64,000 nucleotides of DNA, taken from an uncultured bacterium. GTDB lineage: Bacteria; Bacteroidota; Bacteroidia; Bacteroidales; Bacteroidaceae. The position numbers and the translations under genes were made by a program. The stretch is from NCBI GenBank assembly GCA_946546825.1, contig CAMNOK010000001.1, positions 12,956-76,955 of the forward strand, given 5' to 3'. Positions 46,437-56,464 of the stretch are shown here, in pieces. The notes under the pieces were generated by a model. It was not told the origin of the DNA. It searched no databases and worked only from the letters and a program-made list of their open reading frames with translations. The stretch's first letter is position 1; each line of letters starts with the position of its first letter.

Positions 46437-48001
46437 TCACTTGAAAGTCACGCTGCCTCTCACATCCTCGGCACTGGAGCAGATATAGGCTTTCAGGTTG
46501 CCAGGCACGGGCTGCCAGGCATGGGCAGTCTCCGACCAGTGTTGGTAGCTGTTACGAGCAATGGTGAACGCACGGTGGTGTGCACCACCTCTTTGCCATC
46601 GCGTGAGCCGGTGTTGGTAACATCCACTTCCACCTGCCAGCCCTCGGCAGTGGAAGAAACCTGTGGCTTTCCGTAACGGAAGGTGGTATAGGAAAGTCCG
46701 TAGCCGAAGGGGAACAACGCACGTTTCTTATTTTTCTCAAAGCCACGATAACCCACGAACACGCCTTCGCGATAATGCACTTGTTTGTTGATGCCCGGGT
46801 AAGCCTCCTGCCCGTACTTCACGTATGGATAATCCTCGTATTGGCGGGCGAAGGTGACGGGGAGCTTCCCGCTGGGGTTCACCTTACCGGTGAGCACATT
46901 GGCTAAAGCCGTTCCCGACTCGCTGCCCAGATACCAGCAATGCACAAGCGCCTCCACCTGGTTGAGCCACGGCATGGCGTAGGGGTTGCCGCCAAAGGTG
47001 ACCACCACCATTGGGGCGGGCAGCGCGGCAAGGTCGGCAATGAGCTGGTTTTGTCCGAACGAGAGGTTATAGTCTTCGCGGTCGCCGTTCTCACAGTCCT
47101 GCCGGCGGTTTTTGTTCATGCCGCCTATATATATAATAAGGTGTGCCTGCCGTGCCTGCTCGATAGCCTCATCGTGCAGTCGTTGCTGTTCGGCGGGATC
47201 GACTTCATCCACCTTGTCGTAGAGGGCACGTCCGGAGGTGTAACCCTGAAGCCCCACCCCCGAGCCCCTCTCGAAAGAGGGGAGTGATTTGTTGGCTTCC
47301 TCGATAGTCTGTTGCAGGGCTTCGAAGGGAGAAACTTCTTGGAGTGTTTTCAGTTCGCTGGAACCGCCGCCAAGGGTAAGACTGCGCGTGGCATTCTCAC
47401 CAACAATGAGCACGCGAAGGCCGGCAAGCTTTTCGGGAGTGAGCGGAAGCAACGGTGTCTTACGTTCCTGTATATAGGGCACCACCATTTCAGAAGCCAA
47501 ATAAGGGTCTTCGCCCATGTATTCGAAGGCCCGTCCGTTGAGCGGCGTTCGCTGGATGTTCACCCCCGGGCCGAGCATCACGTCTTTGCCACGGAAAGCA
47601 AACTCTTCGCTCACCGAATGTCCGTAGAGCGAGGCCAGAGCGGGGTTCCAAGTGGCAGCCAGGCAGGTGAGCGAAGGTAACGCCACAATGGAGTCGTTGG
47701 TCCAGTTGGCAGTCTTCCACTCATTCCAGTCGAGTTCCTCGCGCACCCCATGAGGTCCATCGTCCATATTGAGCTGCCGAATGCCCAACCGCGGTACGCC
47801 AGCAGAAGTAAACTTACTCTGTGCATGAACGAGTTTGATTTTCTCTTGAAGCGTCATACGGCTCAAGGCATCAGCTACACGCTCCTCTAACGGTGCATTG
47901 GTGTCTAAATACTTGGATTGCTGGGCCTGCATATCTGCTGACATCAAAAATAAAACAACCCAGAAAAGGAGTCTCATCAAATTGCAAGAACTAATCTTCA
48001 T
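46437..48001 (-). pseudogene. GH3 beta-glucosidase pseudogene (internal deletions plus a frameshift)
   Basis: DGPHGVR, GPGVNIQRTPLNGRAFEYMGEDP, NPSGKLPVTF and FPFGYGLSYTTF present. The segment with the KH and SDW-type nucleophile motifs is missing (VPYIQ joins ERKTPLLPL). The Fn3 tail FTIAR..WQPVPGNLKAYICSSAEDVRGSVTFK continues in another frame to a TGA at 46437. Confidence 0.85.
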
Positions 48002-48020
48002 CGTCTTTCTCTTTACACCG

Positions 48021-48052
48021 CAAAAGTACAACATCCGGTTGAAACTTCCAAA
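48021..48052 (-). promoter_or_regulatory. Promoter of the GH3 pseudogene
   Basis: Minus strand TTTG (48052-48049), 20-nt spacer, TACTTTTG (48028-48021). Confidence 0.65.
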
Positions 48053-48228
48053 TCTTCCGAATAGTTTGTGCAAAAAACACTGACTAAAGCAGTACTTACA
48101 AGGCCGCTAATGGACAACGGACACAAAACGCGAAGATCCCGACGGTGGTCAGAACGACACAGCGTCGGGAACTTCTCTGTTGAGCATCAGAGCCGCAAGT
48201 CTTTTGCGGCCATAAGTCACCTGAAGGC

Positions 48229-49761
48229 TTAGCGAATACGCAGGGGAGCTTTGGATCTGGCTGCTTTCAACCTCATTGGACGGGCCTGAACAGGGTAATT
48301 TTCATCAATATACTCCACATTGTTGTAAGTCACACCGTCCAACACTCTCGAATAGACGGCAACATAGAGCGAGGTATCGCCCTTGCGGTAGTAGGTCAGC
48401 GCACTGATGTTCGGGTCCTCACTGTCATATGTATCATAGTAAGTATAGCCCATTGATTGCACATAGGTCTTCAGGTTGTTTAAGCTGGCAACTTCGGGAT
48501 CGAAATAGTAAAGGATATAGTTGAGCTTTCCTTCATCGGAGAAGACGAAGAAGATATTTTCAGCGAGTAATTTTCCACCATACATGAGAAAGTGTGTTTC
48601 CTCTGTTTCCTCTGATTCAAGCGTATAGCCAAGGTTTGACATAATGTTCTTCACATCAGTGGCCCCAGACTGTCCGATGACGACGGGGAACTCTTCATAG
48701 AGCGAGACCGATATAGGTGTGTAAGAAACCCACTCATCATTGGTTGCCGGGCCGAAGTATGGGGAATTAGACCGAAGATAGTCCCAATAGGCAAGATAGG
48801 TGTTGCCAGGTGTGAGCGTGGTTGTGAACTCGCCCACCTGAGTAAAGCCTGTGCTGTTTTCCTTCATGTAGCCAAAACAGAGTGTCACATTGTCTTGAAG
48901 AACATAAGTCCAGCCAACGAGGTTCGTACGGAAATAATCCCAACTGGCGTCGAAGTATGAGGGGGCGAAGTTTTGCAGATAATACCACTGGTTGGAAGAG
49001 GTTTCTGAAAAGTAGTTGAACTTGGACGAAGCGTGCGGGTCAATGTTATAGGAGCTGGCTCTTCTTCTGGCATATAGGGACAATTGCCGTATCTGGTTGT
49101 CACCGACCGTGCCAGAGGTAGGACTCTGATACATAAAGTTCTGGAAATAATCGTAGATGATAGCTCCCAGAGGATGTGTAGTGACGTTCAGCTGAGTGGG
49201 CTGAGTAGGGCTGATGGTGACCATGTCTGTAGAGGTGGAGATGATGTTCCACCGGTCTAAGGTCTTAGGACTCCTTTCGCTATAGGATGTCGGCACCAGC
49301 TCACAGGTTGACAGCCTATCGAAGTTACGCAGGTTGCAGCGAGGATGAAAAGCTGCAGAGTTGGACCTATTGGCATTGGCAAAGTTCAGTATGGTCACAG
49401 CATAGTAGGTGCCGGGGCGAAGGTTTGCCGTTGCGGTAATTCGGTTAGAGGAGGAAACAAACTTCTTGATGGAATCTACAAGTTCCTCGGTTTGTGCATC
49501 GTAGAGCAAGACACGCGCCTCGATACACATATCGTGTTCCGAAAAGAAGGTACGATAATGCTCAGACAACTGCGTGATGTCGTGAGCATTGTCTTCAAAG
49601 GTATAACTGGAATACAGTTCTTGTGGATTAATCTGAACGGTCAGAGCGTTTTGAATGACGGCAGAGGTGACTTCAATAGGTATCTCGTCGTTGGAACAAG
49701 AAGTAAACGCTCCCACAAAAAGAGTGGCAAGAGCCAGAATGGAATATTTGATGGTTTTCAT
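48229..49761 (-). CDS. Lipoprotein, possibly fimbrillin/type V pilin-like; last gene of the kinase cluster
   Basis: Start re-assigned to MKTIKYS (49761); lipobox FTSC-SNDE; RVLLYD...LRPGTYYAV..NFAN resembles Mfa/Fim-type N-terminal domains (weak). Confidence 0.65.
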   Translation of the reverse strand: MKTIKYSILALATLFVGAFTSCSNDEIPIEVTSAVIQNALTVQINPQELYSSYTFEDNAHDITQLSEHYRTFFSEHDMCIEARVLLYDAQTEELVDSIKKFVSSSNRITATANLRPGTYYAVTILNFANANRSNSAAFHPRCNLRNFDRLSTCELVPTSYSERSPKTLDRWNIISTSTDMVTISPTQPTQLNVTTHPLGAIIYDYFQNFMYQSPTSGTVGDNQIRQLSLYARRRASSYNIDPHASSKFNYFSETSSNQWYYLQNFAPSYFDASWDYFRTNLVGWTYVLQDNVTLCFGYMKENSTGFTQVGEFTTTLTPGNTYLAYWDYLRSNSPYFGPATNDEWVSYTPISVSLYEEFPVVIGQSGATDVKNIMSNLGYTLESEETEETHFLMYGGKLLAENIFFVFSDEGKLNYILYYFDPEVASLNNLKTYVQSMGYTYYDTYDSEDPNISALTYYRKGDTSLYVAVYSRVLDGVTYNNVEYIDENYPVQARPMRLKAARSKAPLRIR

Positions 49762-49783
49762 AATGATATCTTTTCTGTAAATG

Positions 49784-50473
49784 TTAGAAATCGGCGACAT
49801 TGAAAAGGTAAGCGACAGAGACCTCGAAGGAATTCATCTTACAAGGAAAGTTCTTGGCCAGCTTGCAGGTGCCCAGATAGTAACGAGCATTGATGTCGAA
49901 GCCCACGTTGGGGACCGTATAGCCAAGGCCCACAATCCCTCTGACGTCAAAACCCTTGAGCTCGCCTGTGTGATAAGTAAATTCAGAATAGAGCGCAGGA
50001 TTGGTAACTGTGAGTTCACTTGGGCTCTTAGACAGTGTGCCAGCGAAGGCTGCACCAAGCTCAACATAAAGCGGATTAACGCCGCTCATGTGAGCAAGAG
50101 GATAAATCTGAGCCAGCACGGGAACCTCAAAATAACTGATGGTGAGGTCTTTGTCAGCAGTTGTTTTGACCTTGTTCTGCTTGTATTTCAATTCCAAAGC
50201 GACTCCAAACAGGCCTGTGCCAGCGACAGAGTTCTCCGTTGCACGTCCAAAACGAGTCTTGGCCTGAAGACCACCGGAGAGTCCCAGCCCATTACCATCA
50301 TAGAGATCGACCTCCTTGGGCTGTGTCATGGAGGTGAAAGTAACACCCACCTTCGGACCAACGAACAAGACATTGTTCTTTTCTTTCACCGTCTCATCGA
50401 AATCCGTGCTTTGAGCATAGATCGGAATCAGGTTGAATGAGATTAGTACTAATAATAAGATTTTTTTCATCAT
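49784..50473 (-). CDS. Small outer-membrane beta-barrel (porin/PorT-like family)
   Basis: Signal peptide; VGPKVGVTF, YFEVPVLA, INARYYLG and terminal FEVSVAYLF strands. Confidence 0.8.
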   Translation of the reverse strand: MMKKILLLVLISFNLIPIYAQSTDFDETVKEKNNVLFVGPKVGVTFTSMTQPKEVDLYDGNGLGLSGGLQAKTRFGRATENSVAGTGLFGVALELKYKQNKVKTTADKDLTISYFEVPVLAQIYPLAHMSGVNPLYVELGAAFAGTLSKSPSELTVTNPALYSEFTYHTGELKGFDVRGIVGLGYTVPNVGFDINARYYLGTCKLAKNFPCKMNSFEVSVAYLFNVADF

Positions 50474-50509
50474 AGATACATATTTGATTGGTTAATTTTT
50501 GCTATTGAC

Positions 50510-52024
50510 TTAATAGAACGGACGAAGCGTGAGTCCCTCCTGGGTGGCAGAGCCACCCTTGTCCGTGGTGACTGTGACCGACTGGTTGGAGTAGTCCTTG
50601 CTCTTGACCACAAAGTAGCCCTTAACACTTCGGCTGCCGTTGGCCGGAATGGTGACGGTCAGAGTCTCGTTGTGGAATGTTTCGCTGCCATGCAGGTGCA
50701 CTTTGGTGGTAACTTCTTCTGCATTGGGATTGACAATCGTTGCCGTCACATAGACGCGGTCATCCTCGTCGGCCTGCGTACCGTGAACGGTGAGGCTGCA
50801 ACGAAGCCTGACTTCCTGCTTCTTGAAGAAGTATGAGATCTCACCGGCCCAGAGTTTCAGTCCTTCGGCAAATGCCATCACATCATAGACCTGTTCAGCA
50901 GAGGACGGCACAATGGAGAAACTGTATTGCTCTCCACTTTCCTGCAGAGCCATCTGCTCACCGTTTGTCCGGCTGATGACCGCGATTCTGACATGCTCGG
51001 ATTGCCATACGCCGGGCCGTTCGAGGCTGAAGGCACAGGTGACGCTACGTCCCGGGGCATAGACCAAATGGTTTTGAGGAACGCTGAGAGTAAAGTTACC
51101 CGGCTCCCTACCATACTTCAGCAGGCCCGCTTTTCCCTTCAAGACAACTGCGGCATAACCGTCTTCAAAGGGAGTGGCGGCCGAAAACTGGCAAGGGAGG
51201 ATGAGGATACCGTTTTCACGGTAGCCGTAGAGACCGTCTTGAGAAAAGGGTGAGGGTCCTATCTGGCGGGGTTCGGTATCGGCCCAGTCATTGAAGTGAG
51301 GCGTCTTGCCACGCTTAGTAATACAGGAAAAGCATGAAAGATAATCCAACTGAAACGAGCTGGGTTTGCCGACAGAGACGCATTTCCGGGTCTTCACGTC
51401 ATAGGTGTAGAACTTTCCGTCAGCATCTTTCACATAGGCTTTCCCCTTATAGACATTGGTTCCACTCCACACCTCGCCCACTCCAATAATGATCTGGGCA
51501 CGATGGCCAGACTTGTCTATCAGAGCGTATCGCTTGTTGCGGAACACGGCTGCGTAACCTTCGGCAAAAGGTTTGATGACGTCGAACTTACCATCAAACC
51601 CTAACACAGGCTGGCCTTCTTCATCTATGTAGCCGGCCTTACCAGCACCGTTGGCAACGGAAAGCATTCCATCGGAATAGAAAGCCTGTCCGAGCAACGT
51701 GTAGTATTTCTGTGTCAGTGGGGTAAACTGCCCACGGTCGGAAAGGATACCGAGTATGCGCATACGTTCTTTCTCTTTCTTCAGCACCAATGCCTTATGT
51801 TCACGGAAACCGGTCAGCTCATCGTATGCCATAGGAACAACGGGTGTTCCGTCGGCATGTATCAACAGCGTTTCACCGGCTTTCGTTGCCTGATATACAT
51901 CCACAGCCACACGCTTCAGCTGAGTGAAGCCTTGCGACGGTGAAATCTGCCACACAGCGGTCTGAGCCTCAACGTAAGAGGCAACGGAAAGTGCGACAAG
52001 AAGGAAGAAAATGATTTTACGCAT
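50510..52024 (-). CDS. Exported WG-repeat protein with a C-terminal Ig-like domain
   Basis: Signal peptide; repeats GKAGYIDEEG, PFAEGYAAV...YALIDKSG, GLYGY...PFEDGYAAV. Confidence 0.8.
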   Translation of the reverse strand: MRKIIFFLLVALSVASYVEAQTAVWQISPSQGFTQLKRVAVDVYQATKAGETLLIHADGTPVVPMAYDELTGFREHKALVLKKEKERMRILGILSDRGQFTPLTQKYYTLLGQAFYSDGMLSVANGAGKAGYIDEEGQPVLGFDGKFDVIKPFAEGYAAVFRNKRYALIDKSGHRAQIIIGVGEVWSGTNVYKGKAYVKDADGKFYTYDVKTRKCVSVGKPSSFQLDYLSCFSCITKRGKTPHFNDWADTEPRQIGPSPFSQDGLYGYRENGILILPCQFSAATPFEDGYAAVVLKGKAGLLKYGREPGNFTLSVPQNHLVYAPGRSVTCAFSLERPGVWQSEHVRIAVISRTNGEQMALQESGEQYSFSIVPSSAEQVYDVMAFAEGLKLWAGEISYFFKKQEVRLRCSLTVHGTQADEDDRVYVTATIVNPNAEEVTTKVHLHGSETFHNETLTVTIPANGSRSVKGYFVVKSKDYSNQSVTVTTDKGGSATQEGLTLRPFY

Positions 52025-52039
52025 GAGTGGAGCACAAGG

Positions 52040-52687
52040 TTACAGGTTGATATTCAGGTCTTCCAAGATGCCTAAGCCCTTTTTCTTCTTCTCTTGATTT
52101 ACGATAAGGTTGACCTCTTTCTTACCACACACTATCGTGATGATACCAGAACGCTTCGTATAGGTGGTATTTTCAGTTACTTCCACTGAGATTTTGTTCT
52201 CGGCCCGATAAACAGTGACCCAGTCGGGATGGTCTGTCACTTTCCAATCATTATAGTTACACTTCACATCCACACTCTGCTGGCCAGTCTTGGGCTTGGC
52301 CTTGAAATCCAAGACGTTTGATGAAAGGCTGAGGCGGACGTCACCACGGGTTTCAACAATTTCTTCCTTAACCTCATTATTCTTTTCTTCTACTTCTTTT
52401 TTCTCAGTCACAGGTCTTTTTGCCCTGTTCTTGCCGGCAGAGAGTCTCTTAATATTCTCTCGGCAAATAACAATCTGATTGTCACACATCTTTTTCTTCT
52501 CTGCTGCCGTATAGACAATTTTGGCTGCCTGGAACTTCTTGATGGCTCCTTTCTGCGATGATACGTTCATCACTTTCTGCATCTGCTGTCCCTCCAAGAA
52601 TAGCTTATCACCATTGGATTGAGCCATCGCTTCTACAGAAAAAAGGAGAAGCAGGCTACACACAATTGCACTGATTACTCTTTTCAT
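52040..52687 (-). CDS. Exported protein with a helical N-terminus and a C-terminal BACON-like domain
   Basis: Signal peptide; W.V...PDWVTV...ISVEVTENT...RSGIITI.....VNLIVNQ BACON pattern. Confidence 0.8.
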   Translation of the reverse strand: MKRVISAIVCSLLLLFSVEAMAQSNGDKLFLEGQQMQKVMNVSSQKGAIKKFQAAKIVYTAAEKKKMCDNQIVICRENIKRLSAGKNRAKRPVTEKKEVEEKNNEVKEEIVETRGDVRLSLSSNVLDFKAKPKTGQQSVDVKCNYNDWKVTDHPDWVTVYRAENKISVEVTENTTYTKRSGIITIVCGKKEVNLIVNQEKKKKGLGILEDLNINL

Positions 52688-52759
52688 ATTTACTTTATTC
52701 TTTTTATTGACTTCAGTAACTTGACGAACTGCTTAGATAAGATGTAGTCCACTATTCTA

Positions 52760-54247
52760 CTATCTTTCTTTTTTTTTTATATTTTCCAGTGTTTTGCTCA
52801 TCTGGGACTGCTTCTTCTGCAGTTCCACCTTTGTCAGGAAATCTTGGACCTCCAATTGTCTCTTCTTATATGACGCCGCTAAATCCGGCATATCCAAGTC
52901 TTCGAGTTCCTTGGTCTGAACTCCGAACTGGTTCAAGGCAGTGGTCAACAACATTATAATCTCTCTCTTCTTTACATCTACGTCAGGTAACGTCACTTCA
53001 TACATTTTTGCTTGCTGAGCTTTCTTACCAATGTTCTCGTAAGCGGTATAGGCCTTCATCAAAGCCTGCTCATAATTGTCGGCCTCAGTATCCTTTCCGG
53101 CCTCCAACAACTGTCCAGCTTCATCGGATAAAGATTTCAGTGAAGAAGCGAACTCTACCTTCTGCTGTTCATAGCGGGCCATCTCCGCTTCATGTCTTTT
53201 GTTCTCACGCTCTTTATTAAACAACAGCAGAGCACCCCCAAGGATGATGACAAGACCGACGACAGCCGCAATCATGGTGTACTTGAGTTGTGAAGATATC
53301 GGCTTTTTGCCCGCATTCATGGTCTCTAAGGCAACACGCATCTGGGCAGAAGTCTGGTATCTGAGATCTTGCTTCTTCTCACACGCTATGGCAATAATAT
53401 GCCTGAGATTTTTATTCTTGATGACGTTGAGCGGCATCTTGGCCTTTAACTGCTTTTCAAGAATTTCATGACGGGCTCCTTCAAATGGTGTATGACCGAC
53501 AATACATTGGTAAAGCAAGATTCCCATAGCATAGATATCTGTGGTCTGGTTCTGATGTTTGATGTCGCCTAAAGCCAGTTCCGGGGCGGCATACTCCGGC
53601 TTACCCATGAACTTTCCGGCAACAGTCAACGACTTGTCATTTGTTGTTAAGCTATTCATCTGCTTAGCAATGCCAAAGTCAATGAGCTTGATATGGCCAT
53701 CTGATGTAACCATAATGTTCGACGGATCAATATCGCGGTGGATGTAGCCGGCATCATGAAGCGCCATCAAACCTGACAGAATATTCATCACAATGACACG
53801 GGCAAAATGCTCAGGGTCGTTCTTATAGTCTTGCAACAGCTTCACTGCATAAGGGACTTCCTCTCCCGTGCGATCTACGGTCTTTCCATCCAAGATGTCG
53901 GATAACGATACTCCTGTCAGCAGTTCGCTGACCACATGGTAATGTTTCTTCACCCCTCCCAATGCGTCACGCTCTTCCGTCTCGATGAAACCAAGCATCT
54001 CAACGAGATTATCATTACGCAGTTGGATAGAAGCTTCTCTGCGTGCACGTTCTATAGCATTTGCGGGGAGATCTTCATACATGAACTTGATGGCAACAGG
54101 TCGAGTCGCACCTGTACGCTCATCTACACAAAGGCCCTTGAATACCTGACCCATACCGCCTACTCCTATCGGCTCTTCAGCAGAGTCGAGTTGATAAAAT
54201 ACACGTTTTCTCTTTTCGGCTTCTCCCTGTAATCTAATCAGTGACAT
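52760..54247 (-). CDS. Membrane-anchored Hanks-type protein kinase, atypical HRDIDPSN/GKPEY variant
   Basis: GVGGMGQV, VAIK, REASI, HRDIDPSN, DFG and GKPEYAAPE; one TM followed by a helical C-terminal domain. Confidence 0.93.
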   Translation of the reverse strand: MSLIRLQGEAEKRKRVFYQLDSAEEPIGVGGMGQVFKGLCVDERTGATRPVAIKFMYEDLPANAIERARREASIQLRNDNLVEMLGFIETEERDALGGVKKHYHVVSELLTGVSLSDILDGKTVDRTGEEVPYAVKLLQDYKNDPEHFARVIVMNILSGLMALHDAGYIHRDIDPSNIMVTSDGHIKLIDFGIAKQMNSLTTNDKSLTVAGKFMGKPEYAAPELALGDIKHQNQTTDIYAMGILLYQCIVGHTPFEGARHEILEKQLKAKMPLNVIKNKNLRHIIAIACEKKQDLRYQTSAQMRVALETMNAGKKPISSQLKYTMIAAVVGLVIILGGALLLFNKERENKRHEAEMARYEQQKVEFASSLKSLSDEAGQLLEAGKDTEADNYEQALMKAYTAYENIGKKAQQAKMYEVTLPDVDVKKREIIMLLTTALNQFGVQTKELEDLDMPDLAASYKKRQLEVQDFLTKVELQKKQSQMSKTLENIKKKER

Positions 54248-54260
54248 CTTTGAATATTTT

Positions 54261-55787
54261 TTAAAGTTTTTTCTTCAATTCTTCTGCTATTGTTTTCATC
54301 TTCTTTAAATGCTCTTTGGCTGAATCCGTTGCTCTGTATTTCTTTGTCTTTGTATCGATGCTAATAACGGCCGCCGGCGATTGAGTTTTTCCCTTATTGG
54401 TCATTACACCACGGATGCCATTAGTTTTGGACTGGAATCTCCTGTTGGTCTTGTTGTCGAACTCATCCAACAAAGAAAGAATCTTTTTCTGATGGTCTGT
54501 GATTTGTTTATTAACTTTCTTCACATCAACTCCACTGATAGTCATCATTTGATTCAAACTGTTGATAATCTGATCAATGTCATTTTTAGCTCCGGATGAA
54601 GACGTTGCAGATTTAGCCGAGGCATAGTTCTGAGGTCTGTTAGTGGCTACTATCGGCTGAGATGATGGCTGAGATGGAGCCTGGACCTGCTTCTCTGAAG
54701 CTTCGGTGAGTTTCTGAGTCAGCGTAGAAACTTCTTCTTCTAATTCTTTAATCTTCATGCGAAGATTGTCGTTTTCGTCGGTCAAAACTTTCACTGCAGA
54801 GGTAAAGTCGGCCGAGCCCTCAGTGAAAATTTTGTTATAACGCGATTCTATTGCCTTGAGCCGTGTGTATTTTGCCTTGTCGATGGCAATTGTATTTTCT
54901 TCTACAGGCTTGGGACGAGTGAGCATACTTGCTATATTGAACAGAAGACTTATTGCGAGAAGTGCTGACAATGCAGCGAAAACAATTCTTAAGTGTTTAC
55001 TCATTTTGTCTTTTAGAAGAGAGTTGGTATTCGTTTCTATTATAATTATAGTATGATTATCGTGATAACCTCCTGACGCATTGCCTATCTTATCTGTTTC
55101 ATCTTGTAACTGAAGAACAAGATTTTCTATAGGGTAATGGGCGGCAAAGCGAGTGAGGAGGTCTTCATGTTGCATGATGCCCCACACGCCATCCGTACAG
55201 AGTATAAAGCGGTCACCCCGCAAATATGGCACTTCCGCAATTTCTGGATTATGGTTGCTGGTATTACCAAGCCCTCGAGTGATGATGTTTGACTGTGGCG
55301 ATGTGCGGGCCTGCTCTTCTGTAAGCGTCTTATTGCGAACGAGTTCTCCGACCAATGAATGGTCAGCAGTTCTGAAGAACACTTTCTTACCACACATACG
55401 ATAGCAACGGCTGTCACCGAGATGAGCGACGAAAGCTGCTTGCCGAGTGAAGAGTACAGCAACAAGAGTTGAACCCATGCCTTGCAGCGACGGCACCTCC
55501 TGCATCTTCATAAAGAGTGCATCATTGGCTTTGGCAATGGCAATCTTCATGGCTTCTTGAGGAGAAACTGTCGGTTCAAATCCCTGCAACGTCTCCATAA
55601 AGACAAACTTGGCGATGTAGGAAGCGGTCTTTCCACCAGGTCCACCACCCATGCCGTCACAGACAACAGCCAAAAAGCCGAGTGGGGTCTCAACGAAACC
55701 ATAGTCGTCTTGATTTTCAGGACGGCCGCCTTGGCGAGTGTCTGCGACACCTTTCAACTGATATGCTGGTGACTGAAAATGTTCCAT
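54261..55787 (-). CDS. Membrane-anchored PP2C/PPM Ser/Thr phosphatase with a C-terminal coiled coil
   Basis: RPENQD, VCDGMGG, HLGDSR, DHS, CTDGVW and HDNHT; TM IVFAALSALLAISLLFNIA. Confidence 0.93.
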   Translation of the reverse strand: MEHFQSPAYQLKGVADTRQGGRPENQDDYGFVETPLGFLAVVCDGMGGGPGGKTASYIAKFVFMETLQGFEPTVSPQEAMKIAIAKANDALFMKMQEVPSLQGMGSTLVAVLFTRQAAFVAHLGDSRCYRMCGKKVFFRTADHSLVGELVRNKTLTEEQARTSPQSNIITRGLGNTSNHNPEIAEVPYLRGDRFILCTDGVWGIMQHEDLLTRFAAHYPIENLVLQLQDETDKIGNASGGYHDNHTIIIIETNTNSLLKDKMSKHLRIVFAALSALLAISLLFNIASMLTRPKPVEENTIAIDKAKYTRLKAIESRYNKIFTEGSADFTSAVKVLTDENDNLRMKIKELEEEVSTLTQKLTEASEKQVQAPSQPSSQPIVATNRPQNYASAKSATSSSGAKNDIDQIINSLNQMMTISGVDVKKVNKQITDHQKKILSLLDEFDNKTNRRFQSKTNGIRGVMTNKGKTQSPAAVISIDTKTKKYRATDSAKEHLKKMKTIAEELKKKL

Positions 55788-55812
55788 GCTTGGATATTAC
55801 ATGTTTTCGATT

Positions 55813-56451
55813 CTACAATGAGATCAGAACTCCCCAGAACGCAAATAACACAAACGACAAAACAATAACATTAAGGATAAAAATAGCTATACCCCACATG
55901 TCCCAACTGTGCTGTGTTTCTTCGAAGTCTATCACACTATTCCACCTTCTGTTCTCCCATGCCAGGCTGTAGCCGTATATACCAAAGATGAAAGCTGGAA
56001 TAATAGCCCATCCAAAAAAGAAGAATACCAGTATCGCCCACCAACACCCGTTGAAGAACCCCCAAAGGGGATACAACATAAAAGCTCCCCAACTCCATTT
56101 AGAGAGATCCGGACCTGATTCGGACTCTGACACTGGACTCGTTTCATCAGATACAGTACCATTATAGTGTGGCGGCTGTGCTACTGTTGAGGGGAAAAAA
56201 GCGTCAATTTGATTCCAATTGACTTGATATTTCCCTGCGAGCATAATGATATCTCCTCGGCGGATAGGTACAGATCTATGCTTAACACTGACATTATTAA
56301 TCATTGTACCATTGGTGCTGGTATCCTTATACATTAACTGTTGGCCATCGTAGAAGATTGTGCCGTGATATTTACTTGCGTACTGACAACGCGGGTCAAG
56401 ATAAATGTCGCAATCTTTGGAACGACCTATCGTTACTTCTCTTAACAACAT
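55813..56451 (-). CDS. FHA domain fused to a multi-pass membrane domain (DUF2628-like)
   Basis: IGR..CDI...SKYH...STNGT (FHA); WSWGAF...LAWENRRW...Q..W membrane module. Confidence 0.85.
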   Translation of the reverse strand: MLLREVTIGRSKDCDIYLDPRCQYASKYHGTIFYDGQQLMYKDTSTNGTMINNVSVKHRSVPIRRGDIIMLAGKYQVNWNQIDAFFPSTVAQPPHYNGTVSDETSPVSESESGPDLSKWSWGAFMLYPLWGFFNGCWWAILVFFFFGWAIIPAFIFGIYGYSLAWENRRWNSVIDFEETQHSWDMWGIAIFILNVIVLSFVLFAFWGVLISL

Positions 56452-56464
56452 AATTCAAAATGCT

